Part shown: positions 18,019 to 27,653 of the stretch, in pieces | How the letters are laid out: each line of letters starts with the position of its first letter | Position numbering within the stretch: position 1 is the first letter of the stretch | Assembly: GCA_963837345.1 (NCBI GenBank) | Contig: CAWIMX010000001.1 | Coordinates: 1,539,823-1,603,822, forward strand | DNA length: 64,000 bases | Direction: 5' to 3' | Source: an uncultured Acidobacteriota bacterium | Lineage (GTDB): Bacteria > Acidobacteriota > Vicinamibacteria > Vicinamibacterales > CAVVIG01 | Program-made: the position numbers and the translations under genes | Notes under the pieces: model-generated | What the model saw: the letters and a program-made list of their open reading frames with translations, nothing else | Database searches by the model: none | What the model was told of the DNA's origin: nothing

Positions 18019-20448
18019 CTAGGGCAGGAGCACCAGCAGCAGCTCGAACGGCCCCGACCGCACGGACGCCATCGCCTCCAGACAGGCCAGCCGATCCGCC
18101 GCGTCGGTCTCGATTCCGCGGGCCCAGTCGCTTTCGCGCTCGCGCTCGCGCTCGGCGCGCCGCGAGAAGAGCTCGGGCTGGAAGGAGGAGCCGGCCGGCT
18201 GGGCTGCCAGCGCGATCCGACGGGTCCGGTCGATCGCGGCTCGAGTGAATGCCCGTTGCGCCTCGGCGGCCCGGGCCTGCCAATCGGCGGTCGCACGCTG
18301 GAGCAGATCCGTGACGTCGTCAGAGCGTCCCTCGAGGGCAGCCTCCAGCAATTTCGACGATCGTGGCCATGTCGCGACAGGATCCACGGCGAGCGGCACG
18401 ACCAGCGACTCCACGCGTCGGCCGGCGCCATCCTCGATCGATACCCGGAAGACGGCGAGCGCGCGGCGGCCGAGCCATTGGCGCGTGCGGCGGCGGGCGC
18501 GCGCCCAGGCGGGCGCCGCCGGTGCGGGAACGCTCCCGCCGGTTGGGTTGTGCTGAAGTCGGCGAACTGTTTCGAGCCGGGCGGCCTCAGTCGAGGCGTC
18601 GCGGGCGAGCGAAACCTGATTGACCGCGGCCTCGCCCGTGAGCGCGTCGTCCGGCGCATCCGCCCGCGCAGCCTCGGGCCGCAGCCCTGCGATGGCGACG
18701 CGCGCCAGCGTGACCTCGTCCTGTCCGTCGAGCGGATCAGCGGTGCCCAGGTCGAGCCGGGCGCGGGCGATCCGGGATCGGAGATGCGCCACCAGCCGCG
18801 CTTCTCCACTGTCGGCCGCGATCAGATGAAAGACGTGCACCGTCCGCCGCTGTCCAATCCGGTCGACCCGGCCGATGCGCTGTTCGAGGCGCACCGGATT
18901 CCACGGCAGCTCGAGGTTCACGACGATCCGGCATCGCTCCTGTAGGTTCAGCCCTTCGGCCGCAGCATCGGTGGCGAGGAGCAGGCCTTGGCGGCCGCTC
19001 GTGAACTCGGCCACGACGCTGGTGCGCTCGGCGCGCGTCAGGCCGCCGTGCAGCACCGCGGCGCGGCGCGCGAGCCGCGTCAGCACGTATTCGAGCGTGT
19101 CCCGATACTCCGTGAAGACGATCGCCGGCTCGCGGGTACGGCGAAGCAGGCGAACGAGCGCGGACAGCTTGGAGCTCTCGCCCGACGCATCGAGCGCCGC
19201 CGCCGACAGGCGCTCGAGCAGGCTCCGCTCGCGCGCGGTGTTGCCCAGATCCAACGCGCCGGGCCACGCCGGCGCGCCGTCGTCGGTCGTGATCTCGCCG
19301 TCGCGATCGGTCAACGGAAGGAACAGCTGGCCGACCGGTGGTGCGCCAGGCGCCCCTTCGGCCAGCGCTTCCAGGCGACGGCCGACCGACTGATGCAAGG
19401 CAAAGGGACTCGACAGCGCTCTTTTGTGGAGCACGGCCAGGCCGAGCCATCGCTCCCGCAGATCGCCGCGGTGCGCCCGGCGGACGGCCCGGCCGAACGC
19501 GTCGAGCAGCGACAGCATGCGTCGTTCGGCCGCGCCCGTGGCGACGGGAAGCTGATGAATGCGGCGGCGGATGCCCAGCGGCACGTCGTGCCGCGTCCGT
19601 CGAAACACCAGCAGTGGATCGCCAGTCGATCCCACACCGCACAGCTCGCGAAACTGCTGGCGATCACCGCTGTGGGGCGTGGCCGACAGCAGCAGGACGT
19701 AGGGCGCCCGGCCCGCCAGCCTCGTTACCGCGCGCCGGCGATCGGTATCGCCGGCGACGGCGTGCGCTTCATCTACGATCACCACGTCCCATCGGCTCAG
19801 CGCGACCAGCGGAAGAACGTGAGCCTGCTTCACGTAGTCGATCGACGCGATCGCGATTGGCACGGTGGTCCATGGGTTGGCGGAGCGCGCGAGGCTGGCC
19901 GACCGCCGTCGCAGCGCGGCGCCATCCAGAACGACGGCGTCCAGCTGGAATCGCGCCGCGAGCTCTCCGGCCCACTGATCACGCAAACCCGCCGGGGCGA
20001 GAATCAGCACGCGGGCGGCCGCGCCGCGAGCCATCAGCTCCACCGTGACCAGGGCCGCCTGAATCGTCTTCCCCAGACCCACACCATCGGCGAGCAGGAC
20101 GCGGCATCCGAGCCCGCGAGCCACCGCCAGAGCAGGTTCGAGCTGGTGTGGCCGAAGCTCGATCCGTGCGCGATGTCCTGCCTTGAGCGAGCCTGGCGGC
20201 GCGCTTTCAACCAGCCACTGCCGGCACGCCCGAGCCCAGACCCGAGAGCGCGCATGTCTCAGGCCTGTCCGGCGCCCAACGGACTCGACGATGTCGAACG
20301 GTGTGAGCACCCGCTGTTGCACGCCCAGATTGGTGGCGCCCACGCCCACGAGCGTGAGCTCCGAACACGCTGCATGCGCGCGACGGTCGACGATGCGCCA
20401 GCGCTGCCGGCGGACGCGCACCAGATCCCCGGGGTGTCGAATCTGCAT
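18019..20448 (-). CDS. SNF2/RapA-like superfamily-2 helicase, 809 aa
   Basis: Motif I LLADGVGLGKTIQA, motif II VVIVDEAHAV, motif III LLLSATPHSG, motif VI LEQRIGRVDRIGQ. N-terminal GDLVRVRRQRWRIVD resembles a RapA-type Tudor-like domain. About 250-aa uncharacterised C-terminal tail. Confidence 0.85.
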   Translation of the reverse strand: MQIRHPGDLVRVRRQRWRIVDRRAHAACSELTLVGVGATNLGVQQRVLTPFDIVESVGRRTGLRHARSRVWARACRQWLVESAPPGSLKAGHRARIELRPHQLEPALAVARGLGCRVLLADGVGLGKTIQAALVTVELMARGAAARVLILAPAGLRDQWAGELAARFQLDAVVLDGAALRRRSASLARSANPWTTVPIAIASIDYVKQAHVLPLVALSRWDVVIVDEAHAVAGDTDRRRAVTRLAGRAPYVLLLSATPHSGDRQQFRELCGVGSTGDPLLVFRRTRHDVPLGIRRRIHQLPVATGAAERRMLSLLDAFGRAVRRAHRGDLRERWLGLAVLHKRALSSPFALHQSVGRRLEALAEGAPGAPPVGQLFLPLTDRDGEITTDDGAPAWPGALDLGNTARERSLLERLSAAALDASGESSKLSALVRLLRRTREPAIVFTEYRDTLEYVLTRLARRAAVLHGGLTRAERTSVVAEFTSGRQGLLLATDAAAEGLNLQERCRIVVNLELPWNPVRLEQRIGRVDRIGQRRTVHVFHLIAADSGEARLVAHLRSRIARARLDLGTADPLDGQDEVTLARVAIAGLRPEAARADAPDDALTGEAAVNQVSLARDASTEAARLETVRRLQHNPTGGSVPAPAAPAWARARRRTRQWLGRRALAVFRVSIEDGAGRRVESLVVPLAVDPVATWPRSSKLLEAALEGRSDDVTDLLQRATADWQARAAEAQRAFTRAAIDRTRRIALAAQPAGSSFQPELFSRRAERERERESDWARGIETDAADRLACLEAMASVRSGPFELLLVLLP

Positions 20449-20582
20449 CGCTCTCGCGCCCGGTCCGACGCAATAGCTGCTGTGCGCCTGCTGGACTTCG
20501 ACGAATGGCTAGCGATTCCGGCGCTCGAGGATCGGGCGCCGCGAAGAGTGGCAAGGGCCGTGCCCGGACGTCGCGGCCGCGG

Positions 20583-23156
20583 TCACCGAGACGTCAGGAG
20601 GGCGTTGAAAAGAAGCCGGAACGTGGCGAGCGATTGTCCACGGTGCTGCACGCGAAAGCCGAGGAGGACGACCCGACCACGGCCCACAGTCACGTCAACG
20701 ACGGCCGGCCGGCCCGCGATCACGCCGCCGCCCTGCAGAAAACCGCTGAGGAGAGGGTCGCCGGCTCCGTAGCGCGCCACGACGGTCACCGAGTCGGCGC
20801 CGGGCTTCACCTCGTACGCCGAACTGAAGAGGAAGAAGCCCGCCGTTTCCGGCGGCATGCCGAAGGCCAGCTGTCGGGTCGGGTCGAGGTCGAGGCGGAG
20901 AATCGAACCGGGACCGAAAAGCTCCCGACTGTCCAGGCCCTCCGCGATGTCGGTGACGGGCAGCTGCAGCGCGTCCAGCGCGAGGCGGCCGGACCGGTCG
21001 AGACAGACCAGAGTACCGCCTCCGGCCACGAACGACTTGATCGCGTCGAGCCCCGCCTCGCCGAGCCCGCCGGCGTACTCGGCCGGCACCACGTTCGGGT
21101 CGAATCCGCTCAGGAGTGATTGCGCCGGCGCCGACGGCAGAATCAGGACGTCGAAACGCTCGTTCAACCCGCCCGTCCGGATCACGGCGTTGCCGACGCT
21201 CGTGAACGGAAACTGGTACTGCTCGAGCACCCACCGCGTCCACCCTTCGTCGATCCCGTCGAGCCACGGCTTGTACAAGGCGATGCGCGAGCGGCGAAGG
21301 GGTTGGGCGTCGGGCGTCCGGCCCCGCACGCCGTCGGCGCGGAGCCCGTACGTGCGCGCCAGCGTCTCGACCGCGCTCTTGACCTCGCTCGATGCCTCGA
21401 CGACCAGCGAGCCTGGCGCATAGCTGTACCCGCCGACAGCGAACGCGCCAGTCACCCAGGATACGCTCCGGGACACCGCGAGCAGCCGGTTGGCGGCGAT
21501 GGCGCCGGCGGTCCCGCGCGCGTCGACGATGTAGAAGGACGGCCTCGATTCCCCCCAGACTCGCGCCGGCTGCACGGTGGCGTCCGTCAGCCGCGACATG
21601 GGAGGCGCTTCGAACCATCGTTCGATTTCGTTCACGGCGACGCCCATCTGCGCGGGCAGCGTCCAGGCGGTGACGTCGTAGGGGCGGGCGAGCGTGCCGT
21701 CGGCGTTCTGCGCCACGGGATAGCGCTGGCGCTCGAGGAGCGTCTTGACGTACGCCCGGTATGGCTGGGCCAGGAAAATCACATCCGTGCCGGCGGGATA
21801 CGGATCGCCATCGGCGCGGAACGGCTCGAGCGCCCGCTGAATTTCCACGCCGCCCTGCAGCAACAGCTCTTCGAGCTTGCGCGCGGCCGACGGATCGGGC
21901 TGGTCGGGGGGCACGATGAAGGCAAACGGGCCGCCGTGCTCGCCTTCGGCCACGGCCCGGCGCGCCATCTCGTAGAAATTGCGGACGAGATCGCCGCGAT
22001 AGAACGCGGCCGCCCGGAGCAGGCCCCGGGCCGCGGTGAGGTCGTACTCCACGACGTCGCGCAGCTTCCACGCGCCGCCCGGCCACGGATTGGGAAAGTT
22101 GACGTGGGGCGCAAGGTCGGGCAGGCCTCTGGCGTCGACGTTCAGCCGATCGGCCGGCACGTCGACGGGCGACGCGACGCGGACGCTCGCCGCTTCCGTG
22201 AGGAGGCACACCGTGTTGTGCCCGAGCGGCGCCGAGTCCTCGTAGCCGGGCCAGTAGTAGTCGTAGATCGCGTTCGAGGCGACGCCCGTTCGCCCTTCCT
22301 GCGACAGCTCGAGGGTGATCGCGCTGCCGAGGAGACCGGCCTCCCGCCAGAGGACCGGATCGCTGTTCGGGGCCACGGGATCGGCATTGGGCGGCGCGAA
22401 GAAACGCGGTCCGTCGGCCGCCATCTGATGCATCGACAGAAAGACCTGCGGATGCCACTCGGCCTGGAAGAACCGCGAGAGATTCCGGCTCTCGGGCAGG
22501 TTCATCATGAACGCGTCGCGATTGATGTCGTGGCCCGCGTACGGATGATCGAGGCCGGGCATCGGGCCGCCGTCGTACGCCGTGCCCCGGTGCGCGTCGT
22601 ACCATCCCGCGACGCGACGGTACCCGTCGGGATTGAGCGAGGGAATCAGGATGAGAACCACGTTCCGCAGGACGGCGGTGGTCTCCGGATCGTCTGCGAC
22701 GGCGAGTCGGTAGAGCAGCTCGTTCGCCGCCTGGGTGGCGCCGACCTCTGACGCGTGAATGCTGCACCCGATGGCCACGACTACCGGATGCCCGGCGATG
22801 AGGCCTGCCGCCGCATCGGGCGCGACGCCCCGCGGATCGGAGAGCTGCTGGTTGACATCGCGAATCTGGTCGAGGCGGGCCGCGTTCTCGGCGGACGTGA
22901 CGATGGCTGCGATGGTGCGGTGGCCTTCCGTCGTGGAGCCGATCTCGGCGATCGTCACGCGATCGGAACGGGAGGCGACGAGCTCGAAATAGCGCTCGAT
23001 CGCGTCCATATCGGCCAGCCGCCCGTCGGCGCCCATCTGGAATCCGAAATGTGTCTCGGGCGGCGGAATCTGCGCGGCGGCGGCTCGCGCCAGGACGAGC
23101 GCGAACACCGTCGGAACGACGAGCCGGGTGCGCGCATGGATGAGGGAAAAGCGCAT
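20583..23156 (-). CDS. M14 family zinc carboxypeptidase, secreted, 857 aa
   Basis: Signal peptide MRFSLIHARTRLVVPTVFALVLARAAAAQ. GCSIHASEVG...LIPSLNPDGY is an M14 Zn-site context. Long C-terminal extension. Confidence 0.8.
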   Translation of the reverse strand: MRFSLIHARTRLVVPTVFALVLARAAAAQIPPPETHFGFQMGADGRLADMDAIERYFELVASRSDRVTIAEIGSTTEGHRTIAAIVTSAENAARLDQIRDVNQQLSDPRGVAPDAAAGLIAGHPVVVAIGCSIHASEVGATQAANELLYRLAVADDPETTAVLRNVVLILIPSLNPDGYRRVAGWYDAHRGTAYDGGPMPGLDHPYAGHDINRDAFMMNLPESRNLSRFFQAEWHPQVFLSMHQMAADGPRFFAPPNADPVAPNSDPVLWREAGLLGSAITLELSQEGRTGVASNAIYDYYWPGYEDSAPLGHNTVCLLTEAASVRVASPVDVPADRLNVDARGLPDLAPHVNFPNPWPGGAWKLRDVVEYDLTAARGLLRAAAFYRGDLVRNFYEMARRAVAEGEHGGPFAFIVPPDQPDPSAARKLEELLLQGGVEIQRALEPFRADGDPYPAGTDVIFLAQPYRAYVKTLLERQRYPVAQNADGTLARPYDVTAWTLPAQMGVAVNEIERWFEAPPMSRLTDATVQPARVWGESRPSFYIVDARGTAGAIAANRLLAVSRSVSWVTGAFAVGGYSYAPGSLVVEASSEVKSAVETLARTYGLRADGVRGRTPDAQPLRRSRIALYKPWLDGIDEGWTRWVLEQYQFPFTSVGNAVIRTGGLNERFDVLILPSAPAQSLLSGFDPNVVPAEYAGGLGEAGLDAIKSFVAGGGTLVCLDRSGRLALDALQLPVTDIAEGLDSRELFGPGSILRLDLDPTRQLAFGMPPETAGFFLFSSAYEVKPGADSVTVVARYGAGDPLLSGFLQGGGVIAGRPAVVDVTVGRGRVVLLGFRVQHRGQSLATFRLLFNALLTSR

Positions 23157-23181
23157 GGACGGCTCCGAACTGCGGGAGCCG

Positions 23182-25054
23182 TCATCTTACCAGAGGATCT
23201 TCCGGCGCTTCGTTCTCCTCCTTTTCGGTGGCTTCCTTCAGCTTGTCGAGAAGCGCCGCGAAACCGCACTGCGCGGGATCGAAGAGGCCCCACTCGTCCT
23301 GAACCGGCGGGCGGGGCGCCTCGGCCTTCTTTCGCGCTTTGGCCCGCTCGCGGCGCCGCGTCTCCTTCGCTGCCTCGGCCGATCCCGCGTCGGGTGGATC
23401 CGGGGACGCGGCGGGAGCGGCCGGCGCCGGCGATGCGGCGGGCGCCAGTGTCGCCGCGGCCGGGGCTGCAGGCGGCACAGCCGTGGGAACGGCCGCCGCG
23501 ACGGGCGCGGCGGAAACCGGCACGGGCGCGGCACGCGTCGACCGAACGGGTGGCGGAAGCGCAGAGGGTGCCGGCGGGGCGGCCGCCGCAACAGGCGCAA
23601 CCACGGGCGCCGCCGGTGCGAAGACGGCTGGTGCCGCCGGCGGTGGCACGACGACCGGCCGCGGCGTGACCGGCGGACGCGCGACCCGGACCGGCCGCGG
23701 CACCACGATGGGCGCGAGCGGCTCGAGCGGCTTGGGGCGTTCGGCGGCTCTCAGATGCTCCACGTCGCGCCGCAGGCGCTCGAGGATCTCCTTCCACTCG
23801 GGCACGCGGCTTTCGCTCGCCGCCGGCGTAGCCGCTCGTGTTGCGCGCGGTGCGGCCACCGTCGGGGCTTGCACGGGCGGGGCGGCCACCGTCGGAGCCT
23901 GAACGGGCGGAGCGGCCACCGTCGGGGCCTGCACGGGAGGCGCCACCGTCGGCGGCGGCGCGACCGTCATGCCGCCTTCGAGCTTCGGCCACAGGCGAAG
24001 CAGGCCCGAGTGCATCGGGATCCACAACTCCGAGTGCTTGCGGCGCGCCACGGGCGCCTCGGCCGGTTGAGCGGGGATCGGCTCGACCGATTCCGCCGGC
24101 GCGACAGACGGCTCGATCGCCACGAGCGGAGCCGGAGCCTCCTCGGGCTCGTCGAGCGTGTCCGTCGCCTCCGCGACCTCGCCGGCAACCGAGACCTCCT
24201 CCAGAGCGTCGATGCCCTCCACCGGCGCTGGCGAGGCGATCGAATCGACGGCGGCCAGGGCGTCGGCCGCTTCATGCGACGCGCTCGCTTCCTGCTCCTG
24301 GATCGCGTGGACGGCTTCGACGGCCTGGGCCGGTTCGACAGCGTCGACCATCACCGCCTCGTCGAGCGTCTCGACGGCTGCCAGCGACTCGTACGGCGCG
24401 GCTTCCTCGATTCGGCGTGGTGAGGTCGACGGGATCGGGCGCGACCACGTCGAGTGCGTCGGCGAGCTCGACCGGCGGCACCGCGTCGGTCGCTGCGACC
24501 AGCGGCAGATCGTCGAAGTCGGCATCCGGACGGTCGGCGACCGGCTCGTCGGCGGTCAGGACGACATCGCTCTCCGTGTCGTCGGCAGTCGCCGCAGCGG
24601 CGTCGTTGTGCCAGCCCTTGAGCTCGAGGAGCTCGGCGACTTCTGCGCGCTCGGCGGCGGCGCGTTCGAGATAGGACGCAATCTGGTCCACGAACACCGC
24701 CGGATCGCAGCCGCCGTTGTTCGATTCGACCGAGCGATTGCGGCGGAGCGCCGAGAGCATGCCGCGCTTGTGGGGCTTGCGCTGCGACGCCGACCCGAGC
24801 ACCGGAATCGTGAGCGTCTGCACGTGGGCCGCGCTCGTGCCCAGCTGCCGGAGCCAGTCGGCCAACGCCGCATCGTCTTTGGGCGAGAGCAGCGCCGTCG
24901 TCAGGATCAGATCGGGCACGCGGCCGGCGAGCCGGGGCAGCGCCTGTTCGGCCGAGGCTTCGAGCACCACGTCGGCATCCAGACGTCCCTGGACCGAGCT
25001 GGCGAGGGTGGCTGCCTGCCGGCGGTCGGGTTCGATTGCCAGGATGAGAGCCAT
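23182..25054 (-). pseudogene. CheY-like (pseudo-receiver) and acidic/Pro-rich protein, split by one +1 frameshift near 24409-24413
   Basis: Track ORFs 24272..25054 and 23182..24525 join as ...PVDLTTP|IEEAAPYESLAAVETLDEAV if one base of GAATC (coding strand) is removed. The N-terminal receiver fold has T where the phospho-Asp is expected (PDLILTTALLS). Confidence 0.5.
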
Positions 25055-25062
25055 CGGGCGCG

Positions 25063-25371
25063 TCAGCTCCGGAGCATGAAGAGCACGAGCACGGTGGCGG
25101 CGAGCACGAAGATCATCAACGGCGCATGGTCGAGCGTCTGATCGCGCGCGGTCTCGAGCAGGACGAGCGCCAGGTCGCGCGCGCGCCAGCCGGCGTCGAC
25201 CACGCCGGCGGCCGGACGTCCCCCGCTGAAGGCCAGCACGTCACGGACACGCTGGTCCAGCCCGACGAGCACCGTGACGAGCAGGGTCAGGGCGCCCACC
25301 GAGATTGCCGTATCGCGCAACGCCGGAGATCGCCGCGGATTTCTCATCGCCCTGTCACAGACCTCGATCAT
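25063..25371 (-). CDS. hypothetical membrane protein
   Basis: 102-aa ORF with two hydrophobic helices (ISVGALTLLVTVLVGL; LMIFVLAATVLVLFML). 8 nt upstream of the next gene. Confidence 0.45.
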   Translation of the reverse strand: MIEVCDRAMRNPRRSPALRDTAISVGALTLLVTVLVGLDQRVRDVLAFSGGRPAAGVVDAGWRARDLALVLLETARDQTLDHAPLMIFVLAATVLVLFMLRS

Positions 25372-25633
25372 CTAGTAGGCCGCCCGCAAGACCCGTTCCT
25401 GGACGCCATGTCGGGGGCGAATCGCCCTCGGCCTCGATTTCCCAGCGATTTGGCGCCAGGGCGCCGGCGGCGTTCCGTTCGGCGACGGCGGCCCTCCAAC
25501 GGTTCTGGCGAACCCGGTTACGAAACTGCTCGGTCCGACGGCCGTCGCGGGAGGGACTTCCGGGGGCTCGCCGGCATCTCCAGCGGCGCTAAGTGCCTCG
25601 GGACGCACGTGTTCTCGGCCGGCCGGCGATTCG

Positions 25634-25648
25634 TGGCATGGCCGTTGC
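25634..25648 (+). promoter_or_regulatory. candidate sigma-54 (-24/-12) promoter of the flp/tad operon
   Basis: TGGCATGGCCGTTGC matches TGGCAC-N5-TTGC with correct GG/GC spacing, 100 nt upstream of the flp ATG. Confidence 0.5.
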
Positions 25649-25714
25649 CATTCCGTGGAGTGCGTCGCGAGTTCACGCGGGGGTGCGTGACCGCATCTGG
25701 GACACCACGGTTAT

Positions 25715-25733
25715 GCGCGTCGGTGCGACGCGC
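25715..25733 (+). promoter_or_regulatory. perfect 8-bp stem-loop in the flp 5' leader
   Basis: GCGCGTCG-gtg-CGACGCGC lies immediately upstream of the GGAGGA SD of flp. Confidence 0.4.
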
Positions 25734-25747
25734 GCGGAGGACAGGTT

Positions 25748-25936
25748 ATGGAATTCATCAATCGGTTGCGGACGCTGATGCGCGAGGAGAGCGGGCAGGA
25801 CCTGCTCGAGTACGCGCTGCTCGTCGCTCTGATCGCGATCGTCGCGGTCGGCGCGGTCGGGTTGGCCGGCACGTCGGTCAACAACATCTTCACCTCGATC
25901 GGCAACACGCTCAGCGGTCTCGTCCCGGCCGCCTAG
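25748..25936 (+). CDS. flp: Flp family type IVb pilin
   Basis: 62 aa. EESGQDLLEYALLVALIAIVAV is the Flp motif (G/xxxxEY processing site). Confidence 0.9.
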   Translation: MEFINRLRTLMREESGQDLLEYALLVALIAIVAVGAVGLAGTSVNNIFTSIGNTLSGLVPAA

Positions 25937-26053
25937 TTCGAGGGATTGCGCCCGATTGTGGTCATGGCCGCGTCCGCCGTCCCCTCGGATGGCGGGCGCG
26001 GCGCTTCAACCGGACGGACTGACAGAGATGACGTGGGCATGCGGGGGGTTGAC

Positions 26054-26227
26054 ATGAGCATCGTGGCCTTGGCCGTCCGGCGGCTCGTCGCCCGTGAAGA
26101 CGGCCAGGATCTTCTGGAGTACGGCGTTCTCATGGTCCTGATTGCCATCGTCGCCATCGTCAGCGTGACGTACGTCGGCAACACGATTCACACGGTGCTC
26201 TGGGACTACGTCGTTGCGAGTTTCTAG
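26054..26227 (+). CDS. flp: Flp family type IVb pilin (second paralog)
   Basis: MSIVALAVRRLVAREDGQDLLEYGVLMVLIAIVAIV, 57 aa. ATG 26054 after GCGGGGGG. Confidence 0.85.
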   Translation: MSIVALAVRRLVAREDGQDLLEYGVLMVLIAIVAIVSVTYVGNTIHTVLWDYVVASF

Positions 26228-26723
26228 CGCCATCGAGCTGGCGGCGGTGACGGGCGGTGGAGGCACCGGGGCCGTCATCGATTTGTACACGCGCCGCGTG
26301 CCGAATCTGCTGACGCTCGGCCTGGCCGGAGCCGGCCTGGCCTTCGCCGCGCTGCGGATCAGCACCATCGGCCTGGGCGGCGCGGTTGCGGGATTTGGAC
26401 TCGGATTCGTGCTGATGCTGCCGGGACATCTGCTGGGCGCGACCGGCGCCGGCGACGTCAAGCTGCTCGCCGCCGTCGGCGCGTGGCTCGGTCCGGCGCG
26501 AACGGGTCAGGCGTTCTTCTACACCGCCATCGCGGGCGGCGTGCTGGCGGTGGTCGTCGCAATTCGGCGGCGGCGGCTGCGCGAAACGATGGAGCGGACG
26601 GCCGCGCTCGTCCGGTCGGGCGGAGGGAACGTGACCGAGATCGAGGCGCCCACCTCCGACAATCGCTTCGCATACGCACCGGCGATTGCCGTCGGCGCGT
26701 TCATCGCCGCGCTCGGGGTGTGA
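26214..26723 (+). CDS. cpaA: A24 family prepilin peptidase CpaA/TadV
   Basis: VIDLYTRRVPN...GAGDVKLLAAVGAWLG carries the two catalytic Asp contexts. TTG start is uncertain. Confidence 0.85.
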   Translation: MRVSSAIELAAVTGGGGTGAVIDLYTRRVPNLLTLGLAGAGLAFAALRISTIGLGGAVAGFGLGFVLMLPGHLLGATGAGDVKLLAAVGAWLGPARTGQAFFYTAIAGGVLAVVVAIRRRRLRETMERTAALVRSGGGNVTEIEAPTSDNRFAYAPAIAVGAFIAALGV

Positions 26724-26788
26724 CGGTGGCGACCGAGTTGCGACTGGGGACTGACTGCCGACTGCCGACTTGCGACTGAGGGATTGAT

Positions 26789-27649
26789 ATGGCTCGCATC
26801 CGCATCATGCTCGTGCTTGCGCTGGCGCTCACCGCGGGCGGCGTGTTCGCCTACGGCACCTACGCCTACGTGCAGCAGAAAGGTTCGGCGGTCCAGACCG
26901 TGTCGATTCCGACCCGCCCGGTCGTTGTCGCCGCGACTGACCTCGACGTGGGCGCCGAACTGTCTCGCGACAACATCCGCATGATCGACTGGCCGGCGAA
27001 CGCCATGCCGGCCAACGCGATCGGCAGCGCCGACGAGGTGATCGGCCGCGGGTTGATCATGCCCGTCGTGCAGAACGAACCGATTCTGCCGATGAAGCTC
27101 GCCTCGCCCGAGGAGGGCAGCGGGCTGCCGCCGATCATTCCGCCCGGGCTCCGCGCGATGTCGGTGCGGGTGAACGAGGTGATCGGCGTGGCCGGCTATG
27201 TGCTCCCCGGCACGCGCGTCGACGTCGTCACGACGCTCAGCCCGACGCAGAATGCGTCGGATACGACGTCGAAGGTGATCCTGACCAACGTGCAGGTGCT
27301 GGCCGCAGGCACCCGCTTCGAGCAGGACACCGAAAAGGACAAACCGATGCCGGTGAGCGTGGTCACGCTGCTCGTCGATCCCGATCAGGCCGAGCGCCTG
27401 ACGCTGGCGAGCACCGAGGGCAAGATCCAGCTCGCGCTTCGCAATCCCATGGACAAGAACACGCCTGAGACCCGCGGCATCAAGCCCGCGGCCCTGATGG
27501 GGACGCCGTCCACGACGCCGCGGGCGCTGCCGCGGCGGGGACAGGCGGCGCCGCCGGTGGCCGAAGTGCGTCCACCGGAGAAGAAGCCACTCACCGTTGA
27601 AATGATCCGCGGCGACAAGCGTGAAGAGAGCGTCGTCCCACAGGATTGA
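26789..27649 (+). CDS. cpaB: Flp pilus assembly protein CpaB/RcpC
   Basis: 286 aa. N-terminal TM, SAF-like VVVAATDLDVGAELSRDNI, RcpC domain. Confidence 0.9.
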   Translation: MARIRIMLVLALALTAGGVFAYGTYAYVQQKGSAVQTVSIPTRPVVVAATDLDVGAELSRDNIRMIDWPANAMPANAIGSADEVIGRGLIMPVVQNEPILPMKLASPEEGSGLPPIIPPGLRAMSVRVNEVIGVAGYVLPGTRVDVVTTLSPTQNASDTTSKVILTNVQVLAAGTRFEQDTEKDKPMPVSVVTLLVDPDQAERLTLASTEGKIQLALRNPMDKNTPETRGIKPAALMGTPSTTPRALPRRGQAAPPVAEVRPPEKKPLTVEMIRGDKREESVVPQD

Positions 27650-27653
27650 GGCC

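Noticed and set aside
14700-18809. 1369-aa version of the methyltransferase ORF
   Set aside because: The first 265 codons overlap the 3' end of the helicase gene in another frame and are Arg/Pro/Ser-rich noise. ATG 18014, 4 nt after the helicase stop, gives a sensible N-terminus.
14700-20448. Calling the helicase-MTase pair a complete DISARM or BREX system
   Set aside because: DrmA (DUF1998 partner), DrmB and DrmC are not present on either side within the window, and neither are PglZ, BrxC or BrxL. Only the SNF2 and adenine-MTase pair is seen.
26724-26788. Short direct repeats TTGCGACTG...GACTGCCGACTGCCGAC...TTGCGACTG between cpaA and cpaB
   Set aside because: They are real in the sequence but very short. 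They cannot be distinguished from chance or a simple slippage relic without comparative data.
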